From contig JBHGNT010000003.1 in the NCBI GenBank assembly GCA_043228905.1, positions 5,394,001-5,458,000 of the forward strand: a stretch of 64,000 bases of DNA, read 5' to 3'. The notes below the pieces were generated by a model. The model saw only the letters and a list, made by a program, of their open reading frames with translations, searched no databases and was not told the origin of the DNA. Made by a program: the position numbers and the translations under genes. Origin of the DNA: Azolla caroliniana. Lineage: Eukaryota; Plantae; Polypodiophyta. Positions 27,701 through 41,700 of the stretch are shown here, piece after piece (position 1 is the first letter of the stretch; each line of letters opens with the position of its first letter).

Positions 27701-28814
27701 GAAGGACGTGGAGCAGGCTGTGGGAAAGCTTCGGGTGGCAAGGACGAGGAACAAAGCCCGGTTCGACCGGACGCACCGGCTCCGACCAAAGAAGATCGAG
27801 GAAGGCGATTGGGTGCTAGTCTACGACAGCAGCCTCGACAACCAGCACCGAGCGACACGGAAGTTCGCAAGAAGGTGGTTCGGGCCTTACGTGGTACAAA
27901 GCGCCAACGACAACGGGACTTACCATCTGGCGGAACTTGACGGCACGAGAATGGCGATACCGGTAGCTGGGAAGCGGATCAAAGCGTTCAAGAAGCGTCA
28001 CGACGACGAGCCGAATCCGGTTAACCTGGACCGCGACGACGAACGATCCGAAACCGAGGAAGAACCGACGGGCGGGGAATGAAGGCTGGACCGGTTTTCT
28101 CCGTCCCAACTCAATTTGGCGCATGCCGGTGGATGCGCGGTTAGGTGGGGGCGGATGTCATGAAGAAAACCGTCCACAAGCGGAATCGGTGCACCGGAGC
28201 ATAGGAACCGGCTCTTCATGCACGAACGCCGTATGTTGTACATAAGAGAGAATTAGGTACATAGAAGATCCTAGGTAGGTAGATTCGGTAGGTAGATTCG
28301 GTAGGTAGGAAGTTAATGGGAAACAGATCCTTCCTTGCCTATAAAAGGAGGGAGACGAAGAGAGGACGGGGATCGCGGTTAGAGAGGAAGAAGTGTTGTC
28401 CGGTTGTCAGCCGAAGGCTTCTCTCTCTTCCATACGCCGTAGCTTCTTTCTGTGCAGGTTTTCGGGAGGCTCGCGCTGCTCTGAGGAATGCCCGAGTGCT
28501 TCCGGCAGCACCTCCAACCTACTCCCTTCATTCTGAGCGCTTACGAACAGGCATCAGCATCTGTTCGCCGGCTTGGTCGGTTGTAACCGACTTCGTGCTT
28601 CTTGTTGTTTGTCTTTGTTAATATATATATATACATACATTCGTGTCTCTCGGCGTCGGTGTCCCACTCGCGTCTTTGTGTCGAAGGGTCGTGTCCCTGT
28701 GAATCTACGCTCGTGCGTAGTGGGTCCTTTCCCTTCTCCCTTGTCTCTTGCTCTTCGGTACAAGACCCCCGAGGCCCCGCCTCATTCCACGCATCCGTGA
28801 GGAATACCTCGACA
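21778..28814 (+). mobile_element. Ty3/Gypsy element B, full length and tRNA-Trp primed, inserted in the RNase H region of C
   Basis: LTRs at 21778-22423 and 28156-28814; 4-bp TSD GCGT; PBS tggtgaacccgacgtga at 22427 complements the plant tRNA-Trp 3' end; PPT aggtgggggcgga; gag CMWCDEVGHIRKDC, protease LVDHGSEIN, RT FLDD, RNase H VDTS, integrase GHRG..CESC and YHLAELDG; several stops and frameshifts. Confidence 0.95.
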
Positions 28815-31800
28815 GCGTATCCGGACGTGGATCAGCGATCGGCGGCGTTGCCAGCCCAATCAGCATTAGTGTAGCCGACCAACTGCAAGGTTGTACGGGT
28901 CCGATATAGCAGTCCTCGGTCCTTAGTGCCGCTTACATACCGCAGTACGCGTTGCGCACACTGAAGGTGCTCCTTGGTAGGTCGTGCCATGAACTGACTC
29001 ATCACCCAGACCGGATAACTGAGATCGGGTTGGGTGATTGTCAAGTAGATAAGGCTTCTGACAATTTGTCGGAACCTCGTCGGGTCGCATACCTTTCCGG
29101 AATTGGGGCGAAGCTTGACAGTTCTATCCAGAGGAGTCGAGATGGACTTATAGTCGGTCATCCCGAATTTGAAGAGCATACTCAGCACATAATGGCGTTG
29201 GCTGATCAATATGCCTTCGGGGGTACGGATCACTTCGATCCCGAGGAAGTAATGAAGATTCCCCGGATGCTTCATGTCGAACGATGCAGCAAGCTGGAGC
29301 TTCACGCGGTCGATTTCACCTAGGTCTGCGCTGGTGATGACCAAGTCATCAACATATAGTAAAATATTGACTGGACCGAGTCGACCTTTCCGGATGAACA
29401 GGGAAGAGTCTGATTTTGACGTTGCAAAGCCCATCCGATGCAGTTGCTGCGTGATCTTCGCGTTCTAGGCACACGGTGCTTGCTTTAGTCCGTAAAGGGA
29501 CTTCTTCAATCGGCACACTGCCGACGTGTTCGTTCCGTAGTGAAATCCGGGGGGCTGTTCCATGTACACCTGTTCCTCAAGCTCACCTTGTAGGAACACA
29601 TTCTTTACATCCATCTGATGTAAGTGCCACCCCTTTGCCGCAACTACCGCGAGCAAAACACGGACGATCGTCATCTTCGCGACTGGTGCAAACGTCTCAT
29701 CATAGTCCATGTCGTGTTTCTGCGTGTAGCCTTTTGCCACTAACCGGGCCTTGTATCGGTTGACCAAGCCGTTAGTGTTGTACTTGACCTTGTACACCTA
29801 CCTACATCCGATCGGCTTCACACCCTTCGGTGCGTTAACTAGGTCCCAGGTCTTGTTTTCCGCCAATGCGTGCATCTCTTCCTCCATCGCGGCGCGCCAA
29901 TTTGCGTCCTTAACCGCTTTTACGTAGCTCTCCGGCTCACACACTTCCGCTACACGGGTCATGTACACATAATGATGCGCCATCTACTCGTTGTATCCGA
30001 ACCGCACAACTGGGTTCTTCTGGCGGGTAGATTGGCGTAATCGGTCATTAGCCGATGTCGAGGTCTTCTCGGCTGATGCGGCTTCGCTCTTGAAGACCCA
30101 TCACCGCTTCCCTCGGAGTCGGACTCGCGTCGGTCTGACTCGTTCCTATCCGTGCCGGAATTCGACACCTTCTTCTTCCCTTTCTCTTTGCGCGTAAGCT
30201 GTCTCCTCGGCTTCCTGCACAAGGAATGCACGATCGAGTCTCCACTACTCGCTGGCTCTACATCGGACTGGTCGAACCGACTCAGTTGTCCATTCCGTCC
30301 ACTTAACCGAAACGAAATCGGACTCTCTTCGCAGGTCCCAATTTCAGGCTCATCTGGAGGCATCTCAATCTCGCTGACCTCATCGTCAGAACTCGGATTG
30401 GAGGTGAGGTCCGGAGTCGGAGGCAAGTACGAGGACCCGGACCTGTCAAACACAACGTCGCGGCTCACACGCGCTTGTTTGGTGCGCGGGTTATAACACT
30501 TATAACCCTTATGCTCGTCCGAGTAAACGACCAAGATACATTTCTCGGCCTTTGCGTCCAACTTTCTCTGTTTCTCCTTAGGCACATGCACATACATAAT
30601 GCTACCAAAAACTCGTAAGTGTCGCAAGTTCAGCTTCATTCCGAAATACAGCTCATACACAGACACTTTTTCTCCGATCCGGTTTTGGATGTATACTGCG
30701 GTCCTTACAGCCTCGGCCCGGTAGAACTTGGGCAAGCTCTTCTCCTCTAGCATTGCTCGTGCCGCTTCCACAACCGATCGATTTTTCCTCTCGACCACGC
30801 CGTTTTGCTCCGGCGTGTATGTACAATTGAATTAGCGCCGAATTCCGATCTATTGTAGATAACCGTTGAATTGACCGGAAAAGTATTTTTTGCCGCCATC
30901 CGACCGCAGGCACTTGATCTTTCTTCCTGTTTCCGTTTCCACGAACCCTTTGAGGTCTCGGAAATAGTCGAAGACTTCGCTCTTCCTCTCAATGAGGTAG
31001 ATCCACGTGTGCCGCGTGTAGTCGTCGATGAAGGAGACGAAATATCGGCTCCTGCCAAGACTAACGTTTTGTGCCGGCCCCCACACATCGGAGTGTATCA
31101 AGTCGAGCTTGTTCCGGCTCCGGTTATGCTCGTTGGGGAAGGGAAGTCGGTGTTGCTTCCTAAGCTGGCAGGCTTCACAAATTTGTGCCTTCCGGCCACT
31201 AAATTTGGGCAATCCGAACACCACCTGTTTTGATTGCAGGTCCTGAAGCCGCTGGTAGTTGACTTGGCCTATCCGCTTGTGCCACAAGTCCATGTCCGAC
31301 TCGACTTTTTGTCCCTTCGCGAACATTGCGGCGCCACCGTCAGTAGAGTCGAGAATGAACATCCTCCCATCTCTGCGCCCTTGCGCAATAACACGGCCTT
31401 CTTCCTCAATGACGCACCCGAGGTGTGTAAACCAGACCTCCATCCCTTGGTCGACGATCTGTCCGACCGGCACCAAGTTCTTCGTGATTGTCAGAACATG
31501 TAGCACGTTCATGAGTTTCCCTTTCTGCCCGACATGGCTCAGGGGAACTTCTCCGACATTCGGGATCAGATGCAGAGTGTCGTCTTTGGTTGTGACTACT
31601 CCCGGTTGCATCGGTTTTTCTAGGTACGAGAACCACTCCTTATGGCTCGTCATGTGATTTGACGCGCCAGAGTCGATGTACCACACCTCCTCCGACTTCG
31701 GGGTGATCTTCTTCATCGAGTTTGCTTTGTGTCTCGTCACCAAGACAGACCCTTTCCCGGCTTCTCCGGATCCTTCGGCGTAGTGCGATCGTTGTTGATT

Positions 31801-32902
31801 TCCTTTGTCGGTCTGTCCGGAACCTTTTCCGGACTCGGTTCTCTCTGAATCGGCGCACTTTTTCCAGCACTCGCTCTCCCTGTGGCCTTTCTTGCCACAG
31901 TACCAGCATTCCGCGGCGGATTTCCCTTGCCGGTTCTCGTCGCCTCGACTCCCCCCTGTTTCCGGAGGGTCCATAATTGTTGTCGGCATCACTTCGGTGC
32001 CTGCTTCCTTGATCCCGTCGGCCATCTCCATTGCCTATCTCCCTCCGTGTACAGCATGTTGCTGTTGGCATGCGTGCTTGTCGACGCACCCGCGTGGTTC
32101 TCCTCTATAAGGAGCATCGACTACGTATTCTCCCGTGTACACATAGCAGTTCGGATGCTCCGAACTTTGATGCCAAATCCCCGAGACAGACTTCGCTTTC
32201 CTCAATGTTCACATCGATGGAAGTTAAGGAGTCGCATATGTCCTTGATCTTCGAGGTATAATCGGCCACCGACAAATTGCGTTGTCGTAGGTTGCTCAAC
32301 TCCTGTCGGAGCTGAAGCTTCCAGGTTGTGGTGTTCGCGGCGAAGATCTTCTTCAGATTTTCCCATGCACCCTTCAACGTTTTTGCATCCCGAACGTAGC
32401 TTAATAGTTGTTCGCCCACACAAGATGCGAAACAGTACCACACTCTGCTCGCCGATTGTTCCCACGCCGGGAAGTCTTTGTGTGTCGAATCGGGTGCTGT
32501 GTCATTTGCTCCATCGACATAGCTCCAGTAACCGTGTCCAAGAAGGTATTGGTGCATCTTGTAAGACCAAGACGCGTAGTTGTTTCTATCGAGCTTTTCC
32601 GTCGGAAGCGAGCTAGCCATGCCTCTATCCATCGGTTTTGCCTGTTCTTCTTGGTTGGTTTTTCTTTCAAGCTATGTTGGCTGTAGAGGTTCTCAACCCT
32701 CGCGCTCTGATACCATGTAAAAGATTATGTGCGGAAGCAATAGAAAACCAAACACACAGAAAATACTAACTCTCTGTACAGTAAAAGTTTAATGGAGAGC
32801 TTGAGTATGCACAGTACGCGGGAGAGACAGAGAGAGAACACACAAAAACTCAATTCAAAAAATACTAACTCTCTGTACATACACCGTGCTCAGTGAGCAC
32901 CT

Positions 32903-35900
32903 TGTTGGGATTACGGTCCCTTCGGATGGGATGGTCGGATATCAGAGATGAATGCCGACCAGCCCGGTTTCGGTTTCGGAACCGGATGATGAAGACCCCG
33001 ACTTCGGAGTCGGATGACGAATGTACCCGAAGAAGAGATCCGGATGCAGGGACATATCCGTGAATATGTCTGCTAAGGGCCCCTGAGGCTATAGTTGTAA
33101 ATAGCCCCAAAGTCATATATGTATAAATATGACTTAGGGCAAACAGTTTTTGTGTTGCTATTCATTTTTCTGTTTTTCCACTCTAGAGGAGTGAAGAGAG
33201 AGCAGCCGTGAGAGAGAGAGAGAGATAGAGCGCGAGAGAGGAAGAGGATGACGCCTCTGTGTATTTCCGCCGCCTGTGGCAAGGACAGCGAGCTCAAGGT
33301 CGTCGCCTTGCAGCTCGCCATTGTATACTTCTCTTTGTATAGTGTTGGTTTGGAGTCTTGTACTCCCGTGGTTTTTTCCCGTACAGGGTTTTCCACGATA
33401 AATCGTGTGTCCTCTCTATTTTTCGCATTTCCCATTTTCTGCAACAACGATTCGTGTGTTTCCTTGGTTGTGGCCGAGAGGAGAAGTGTGGAAAGTTTCG
33501 TTTATTTCCATCAATTTGGTATCAGAGCGAGCTGCTGCAGAAAATGGAAGGCGGCGGCAGCGGGCAGCCGGGGATGATGGTGCTGAATGCGCAGAATTAC
33601 GCCGACTGGAAGATCAAGATGGAGGATCTTCTGATTGTTCGGGACCTGTACGAACCGATTGACAGGTCGGAAATACCGAAAGGGGTACTTGAGTCGGAAT
33701 GGAGGCTTCTGAACCGGAAAGCCGTTCCAACCATTCGGCAATACGTAGACGTGAGCGTTCTACAACATGTGGCGAACGACACCAATGCATATGAGATGTG
33801 GCGGAAGCTGTCGGGCCTCTATGAGAGGAAGAATGCATTGAACCGGACCTCCCTGATGAGGAAGATAGTGAATCTCAAGTACCGGGATGGCGAGAGTATG
33901 GTAGAACACGTAAGCACGTTCATGGGATTCGTGAATCAGCTTGCGGCGATCAAGTTCCCGTTGGAGGATGCAATGCAAGCCATCATCCTGATGTGTACAT
34001 TGTCGGAAAGCTGGGAGAACTTGGTGGTGACTCTCAGCACCTCCTGCACCGAAGATAACTTGTCCTTACAAACGGTAAAGACAAGTATTTTGAACGAAGA
34101 AGCGCGTCGGAGAGACAAAGAACCGGCCTCCGACTCGAAGGCGCTGCTTACCGAATCGGATCGGGGAAGACACTGGAACCGGAGTCCGCAAAGACGGGAG
34201 AAGTCGGGGACCCGGTCGCAGTCAAGAGGAAGGCCCACATGCTTCCACTGTGGGAAGCCGGGGCATTTCCGAAAGAATTGTCGGCATTACCGAAAAGACA
34301 ACGGAGCCGACGACACCGATTCGAAGAAGTCACCGGAGAGAAACGGTGCATACCGGGGAGCCACGGACCGGAGAGGTTCGGATCGGCGAGGGCAGGACCG
34401 GAAAGGAACAACGGCACTCGCGGCAAGTGAGGAAGAAATCATGCTCATCACCGAAGAAGGTGAACTAAACATTGCCGGCGATGAGACGACCTGGGTGGTC
34501 GATTCCGGAGCGTCGTTCCACCTGACCCCGGAAAGAAGATACTTCTCATCCTACACAGCCGGTGAGCATGGCTGTGTTCGGATGGGAAATGAAGGTACGT
34601 GCCGGATTGCCGGCATAGGAGACGTGTGGTTGACAACCCCGACCGGATGCAAAATGCTGCTGAAGGATGTCCGACACGTTCCGGAGGTTCGATTGAACCT
34701 GATTTCGGCCGGCAGGCTAGACGATGAAGGCTACACAGGTAGCATCCGGAACGGCGTAATGAAGTTCAGCAAAGGGAGCCTGATAGTGGCTCGGGCCCGG
34801 AAGATCAACACACTGTACCTGATGAATGCCCGGTTGTGTCTGGAAGAGTTGAACGTGGCAGCCGACACTGCCGGTGAGCTGTGGCACAAGAGACTGTGCC
34901 ACATGAGTGAGAAGGGGATGAAGAGGCTTGCAGAAGACAACCTTATTCCAGTGAAGCATGTGCACCTGGAGAAGTGCACCGATTGCCTGGCCGGTAAGCA
35001 GAACCGAACCTCTTTCCACTCAAGGCCACCGACGAGACGTGGCGCACCATTGGAGTTGGTGCACACTGATGTGTGTCAGGTAGAAACGAAGTCACATGGC
35101 GGAGCCCAGTACTTCGTAACATTCATTGATGATCACAGCCGGAAGCTGTAGACGGCACCGTTGAAGACAAAGGACCAAGTGTTGTGTGTCTTCAAAGAAC
35201 TCCACGCGAGAGTGGAAAGAGAATCCGGCAAGAAGCTGAAAGCGATACGAGCGGATAACGGAGGGGAATACCGGGGGCAGTTCCAGGAGTACTGTCGCTC
35301 GAAGGGAATCCGACTCGAGTTTACTGTGCCGAAGACGCCGGAACTGAACGGGCTGGCCGAGAGGATGAACCGGACCATAATGGAGAGGGTCCGGAGTATG
35401 CTGGCGCATGCGAAATTACCCAAGGGATTTTGGGCTGAGGCAATGTCGACGGCGACATATGTGATAAACAGATCACCCTCAGTACCTTTGGACGGAGACA
35501 CGCCGCAGAGAGTGTGGACCGGTAGGGAAGTATCCTACCGGCATCTGAAGGTGTTCGGGTGTCTCGCATACGTGCATGTGGCAAAGGACCGGAGAGGAAA
35601 GCTAGATCCAAAGACCCGGCCATGCATATTCCTCGGTTACGGCGACGACGAGTTCGGCTACCGAGTATGGGACCCGGTCGACAAGAAGATATTCAGGAGT
35701 CGAGACATCATCTTCATGGAGGACAAGACACTCGCCGACTGGGAGTCGGAGAAGAAGATGAAGAGCTCCAAGTCGACCGGTGAGGATCAACTCTACGAAG
35801 AGCAGTCCCGACCGGCAAGGGACCGGTTAGCACTCGAGGATCCGGCCGAAGACGGTGAAGAAACAGAACCGGCCGAAGAAGATGAAAATGATACCGGAAC

Positions 35901-38236
35901 CGGCCCCGATCCCGAAATGGACTCGGATGAAGAAGAATCGGAGGAACCGATTACCGAAGCTCCAGAACGGAGATATCCTCTAAGAGAGAGAAGGGCCCCC
36001 CGGAGATTTCCGGAACCAGAGCACGTGCTGCTAACCGACGAGGGGGAGCCGGAGAGCGTTGAAGAAGCGAAGCATGACACCCATAGCCGCAGGTGGTTAA
36101 GTGCCATGCAGGAGGAGATGGATTCCCTCCATGAGAACCACACATGAACTTGTGGAGCTGCCGAAAGGAAAACGGGCACTCCGTAACAAGTGGGTGTTCA
36201 AGCTGAAACCGGGAGATGCCGGAAACCCCCCTAGATACAAAGCCAGGATCGTGGTGAAGGGGTTTCAGCAGAAGAAGGGCGTCGACTTCGACGAGATATT
36301 TGCCCCGGTAGTGAAGATGACCTCCATCCGGACGGTGCTGAGCATAGCGGCAAGCATGGACCTCGAGGTAGAACAGATGGACGTGAAGACGGCATTCCTT
36401 CACGGTGACCTCGAAGAAGAGATCTACATGCAGCAACCGGAAGGATTCGAGAAGAAAGGGAAGGAGCACCTGGTATGCCGGTTGAAGAAGAGCCTTTACG
36501 GACTGAAGCAGGCTCCCCGGCAATGGTACCGGAAGTTCGACTCCTTCATGACCAACGAAGGGTACCTCAAAACGCAGTCCGACCACTGCGTGTTTGTGAA
36601 GAAGTTCGAAGGAGGAGACTCTCTAATACTCCTCCTGTACGTGGACGACATGTTGATCGTCGGACGGGACCAGGTCAAGATACGGATGCTGAAGAAGGCT
36701 CTTCACCGAACCTTCTCAATGAAGGACCTGGGTCCGGCGAGGCAAATACTAGGGATGCACATCATCCGGGACCGGAAGAAGAAGTAGTTGTGGCTGTCAC
36801 AGGAGAAGTACGTGACAAAGGTGCTTAAACGGTTCAACATGTCGGAAGCAAGACCGGTCGGATCGACCCTCCCGGCAAACTGCAAGCTGTCCAGCAAGCA
36901 AAGTCCCAAGACAAAGGCTGAAAAGGAGGATATGATGAAAGTGCCGTATGCCTCAGCCGTCGGGAGCTTGATGTACGCCATGGTGTGTACGAGACCGGAC
37001 ATCGGATATGCAGTCGGAGTGGTGAGCCGGTACATGAGCAATCCCGGCAAAGAGCATTGGAACGCGGCCAAGTGGATACTCCGATACCTGAAGGGCACGG
37101 CAAACGTGTGCCTCCGATTCGGCTCCGGTAAGCCCGAACTCGACGGCTTCACCGATTCGGATATGTCGGCTGATGCAGATACCAGCCGGTCCACATCAGG
37201 GTATGTGATGACGTATGCAGGGGGAGCCGTTTCGTGGCAGTCGAGGCTGCAGAAAACGGTTGCGTTGTCAACCACGGAGGCGGAGTACATGGCAGCTGTT
37301 GAAGTCGGCAAGGAAATAATATGGATGAAGGACTTCATTAGAGAGCTCGGTATCCGGCAGGAGGAGTACCGACTCTACTGCGACAGTCAGAGTGCAATCC
37401 ACCTTGCGAAGAACGCGGCCTATCACTCCCGGACGAAGCACATCCAGCGAAGATATCACTAGATCCGGGAAAGGATAGAAGACAAGGAGTTCGTGCTGAC
37501 GAAGGTCCACACGGACGAGAACGGGTCGGATATGCTGACCAAGGTGCTCACACCCGACAAGCTGGAAGCATGCCGGAAGAGGATCGGATTGGAGAGACAT
37601 CCCATGCCGAAGTGAAGGGGGAGTTTGTTGGGATTACGGTCCCTTCGGATGGGATGGTCGGATATCGGAGATGAATGCCGACCAGCCCGGTTTCGGTTTC
37701 GGAACCGGATGATGAAGACCCCGACTTCGGAGTCGGATGACGAATGTACCCGAAGAAGAGATCCGGATGCAGGGACATATCCGTGAATATGTCTGCTAAG
37801 GGCCCCTGAGGCTATAGTTGTAAATAGCCCCAAAGTCATATATGTATAAATATGACTTAGGGCAAACAGTTTTTGTGTTGCTATTCATTTTTCTGTTTTT
37901 CCACTCTAGAGGAGTGAAGAGAGAGCAGCCGTGAGAGAGAGAGAGAGATAGAGCGCGAGAGAGGAAGAGGACGACGCCTCTGTGTATTTCCGCCGCCTGT
38001 GGTGAGGACAGCGAGCTCAAGGTCGTCGCCTTGCAGCTCGCCATTGTATACTTCTCTTTGTATAGTGTTGGTTTGGAGTCTTGTACTCTCGTGGTTTTTT
38101 CCCGTACAGGGTTTTCCACGATAAATCGTGTGTCCTCTCTATTTTTCGCATTTCCCATTTTCTGCAACAACGATTCGTGTGTTTCCTTGGTTGTGGCCGA
38201 GAGGAGAAGTGTGGAAAGTTTCGTTTATTTCCATCA
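32903..38236 (+). mobile_element. Ty1/Copia element D (Tnt1/Tork-like), inserted in the 5' LTR of C
   Basis: 611-bp LTRs at 32903-33513 and 37626-38236; TSD CACCT; PBS tggtatcagagc at 33517; PPT gaagggggag; gag-pol 33544-37615 with three TAG stops and a 2-nt frameshift near 36145. Confidence 0.97.
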
Positions 38237-38750
38237 CACCTTTTATACAAGCCCTGACAATCGGGCTGACACAAGTGCTGACAGTACTTGACTGCTCATA
38301 AATGAGCCTCGACACTTACTCCCCAAACTATTCCTTACGAGGAATATCTCTTCTAATGGCCTTTTGGTTTACGCACCGATACGGCCTCTCGTTACGCACC
38401 GGTTTGCGTATTCGTTTTACGCGCCGGTCCGACCTAACCGATCGGTCCCAACTAATCCGGTCCTCGGCTTGCTCAGCCGATCCGGCCGATGTTGAGCTTG
38501 TCTCTCAACAATATCACTATATGAAAAGGTAAAAAGCAGAGACTCAAAGGCAACAACCTCGAGCTCTATGGCTTCACCAAGCGGCGGTTACAACCGAAAC
38601 TAATTTAGTTTCTTTCTCACTCACTCACTCACTCTCTCTCTCTCTCTCTCTATACAACAGTTACATGCATACACTAAATGACTCTACAACTTCAGCATAA
38701 TACAAAATGATTGCCCTAAGTCATATTTATACTTATGATCTTAGGACTAT

Positions 38751-41700
38751 TGTTGGGATTTCGGTCCCTCCGAATGGGATGTCCGGAGATGAATGACGGC
38801 AAGCCCGGTTGCGGTTACGGAACCGAATGATGAAGAGTACCCGGCATGAAGCCGGATGAAGAGACCCCGACTATGGAACCGGATGATGAAGAGTACCCAG
38901 CGTGAAGCCGGATGAAGAGACCCCGACTACGGAGCCGGATGCTGAAGACCCCGGTTACGGAGCCGGATGACGAATGTACCCGGAGAAAGATCCGGATGCG
39001 GGGACATATTTGTGAATATGTTTGCCAAGAGCCCTTGAGGCTATATTTGTAAATAGCCCGAAAGTCATATGTGTATAAATATGACTTAGGGCAAACAGTT
39101 CGTTGTTGTTGCTCATTTTTATGTTTTCAGTCGAGAGAGAGCAAAGTGAGAGCAGCCGAGAGAGAGAGAGAGAGAGGAAGGAAGAGGTCGACGCCTCTGT
39201 GTAATACCGCCGCCTGTGGCGAAGGCAGTGAGCTCAAGGTTGTTGCCTTGTAGCTTCACCATTGTACATCTCTGAGTATAGTGATAGTTGGAGTTTGAGG
39301 ACTCCCGTGGTTTTTCCCATTTAGGGTTTTCCACGTAAAACATCCTGTGTACTCTTCTCTCTATTGTCTTCGTGCATTTCGTGTATTTCCCGTTTTCTGT
39401 GAGGTAATCCTATTGCTCGGTTGTGGCCGAGCGTTGTTTTTGACCTTCAAACTGGTATCAGAGCGACGGTAACACAGAAAATGGAAGGCGGCGGTAGTGG
39501 GCCTCCGGGCATGATGGTGTTGAACTCACAGAACTACGCCGATTGGAAGATAAAGATGGAAGACCTTCTCATCGTCCGAGACCTGTACGAACCGATCGAC
39601 AATGCCGAGATACCCAAGGGAGTAATAGAGTCGGAGTGGAAGCTCCTGAACCGGAAAGCCGTAGCGACGATCCGGCAATATGTCGATGTAAGCGTCCTAC
39701 AACATGTGGCGAACGACACCAACGCATATGAGATGTGGAAGAAGCTGTCGGGCCTCTACGAGAGGAAGAATGCGTTGAACCGGACCTCCCTGATGAGGAA
39801 GATAGTGAACCTCAAGTACCGGGACGGCGAGAATATGGTGGAACACGTGAGCACGTTCATGGGATTCGTGAACCAGCTTGCGGCGATCAAGTTCCCGTTG
39901 GAGGATGCAATGCAAGCCATCATCCTGATGTGTACATTGCCGGAAAGCTGGGAGAACTTGGTGGTGACTCTCAGCACTTCCTGCACCGAAGATAACTTGT
40001 CCCTACAAACGGTAAAGACAAGTATTTTGAACGAAGAAGCGCGTCGGAGAGATAAAGAACCGGCCTCCGACTCGAAGGCGCTGCTTACCGAATCGGAACG
40101 GGGAAGACAACGGAACCGGAGTCCGCAAAGACGGGAGAAGTCGGGGACCCGGTCGCAGTCAAGAGGAAGACCCACATGCTTCCACTGTGGGAAGCCGGGG
40201 CACTTCCGGAAGAATTGTCGGCATTACCGAAAAGACAACGGAGCCGACGACACCGATTCGAAGAAGTCACCGGATCGAAACGGTGCATACCGGGGATCCA
40301 CGGACCGGAGAGGTCCGGATCGGCGAGGGCAGGACCGGAAAGGAACGACGGCACTCGCGGCAAGTGAAGAAGAGATAATGCTCATTACCGAAGAAAGGGA
40401 GCTGAACCTTGCCGGCGAAGATATGACCTGGGTGGTCGATTCCGGAGCATCGTTCCACCTGACCCCGGAGAAGAAATACTTCTCATCCTACACAGCCGGT
40501 GAGCACGGCTGTGTCCGGATGGGAAATGAAGGTACATGCCGGATCGCCGGCATAGGAGACGTGTGGCTGATGACATCAACCGGATGCAAGATGCTGCTGA
40601 AGGATGTTCGACACGTTCCGGAGGTTCGATTGAACCTGATTTCGGCCGGCAGGCTAGACGATGAAGGCTACACGGGTAGCATCCGGAACGGTGTCATGAA
40701 GTTCAGCAAGGGGAGCCTGATAGTGGCTCGGGCACGGAAGGTCAACACACTGTACCTGATGAATTCCCGGCTATGTCCGGAGGAGCTGAACGTGGCAGCC
40801 GACACTGCCGGTGAGCTGTGGCACAAGAGACTGTGCCACATGAGCGAGAAGGGGATGAAGAGGCTTGCAGAAGACAACCTCATTCCAGTGAAGCATGTGC
40901 ATCTGGAGAAGTGCACCGATTGCCTGGCCGGTAAGCAGAACCGAGCCTCCTTCCACTCAAGGCCACCGACGAGACGTAGCGCACCATTGGAGTTGGTGCA
41001 CACTGATGTGTGTCAAGTAGAAGCGAAGTCACATGGCGGAGCCCAGTACTTCGTAACATTCATAGATGACCATAGCCGGAAGCTGTGGACGGCACCGTTG
41101 AAGACAAAGGACCAAGTATTGTCCGTCTTCAGAGAACTCCACGCGAGAGTGGAAAGAGAATCCGGCTAGAAGCTGAAAGCGATACGAGCGGATAACGGAG
41201 GGGAATACCGGGGGCAGTTCGAGGAGTACTATCGCTCGAAGGGAATCCGGCTCGAGTTTACTGTGCCGAAGACGCCGGAACTGAACGGGCTGGCCGAGAG
41301 GATGAACCGGACCATAATGGAGAGGGTCCGGAGTATGCTGGCGCATGCGAAATTATCCAAGGGGTTCTGGGCTGAGGCAATGTCGACGGCGACATACGTG
41401 ATAAACAGATCACCCTCAGTACCTTTGGACGGAGACACGCCGCAGAGAGTGTGGACCGGTAGGGAATTATCCTACCGGCATCTGAAGGTGTTCGGGTGTC
41501 TTGCATATGTGCATGTTGCAAAGGACCGGAGAGGAAAGTTAGATCCAAAGACCCGGCCATGCATATTCCTCGGCTACGGCGACGACGAGTTCGGCTACCG
41601 AGTATGGGACCCGGTCGACAAGAAGATATTCAGGAGTCGAGATATCATCTTCATGGAGGACAAGACGCTCGCCAACTGGGAGTCGGAGAAGAAGATGAAG

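Larger units (their letters stand above)
20716..38510 (-). mobile_element. Ty1/Copia element C, degenerate; host of elements B and D
   Basis: 5' LTR at 32716-32902 plus 38237-38510; PBS (reverse complement gctctgatacca) at 32704-32715; gag [65 protein letters not shown] in - strand ORFs; PPT at 20830-20837; 3' LTR is partial (~20716-20829). Confidence 0.9.
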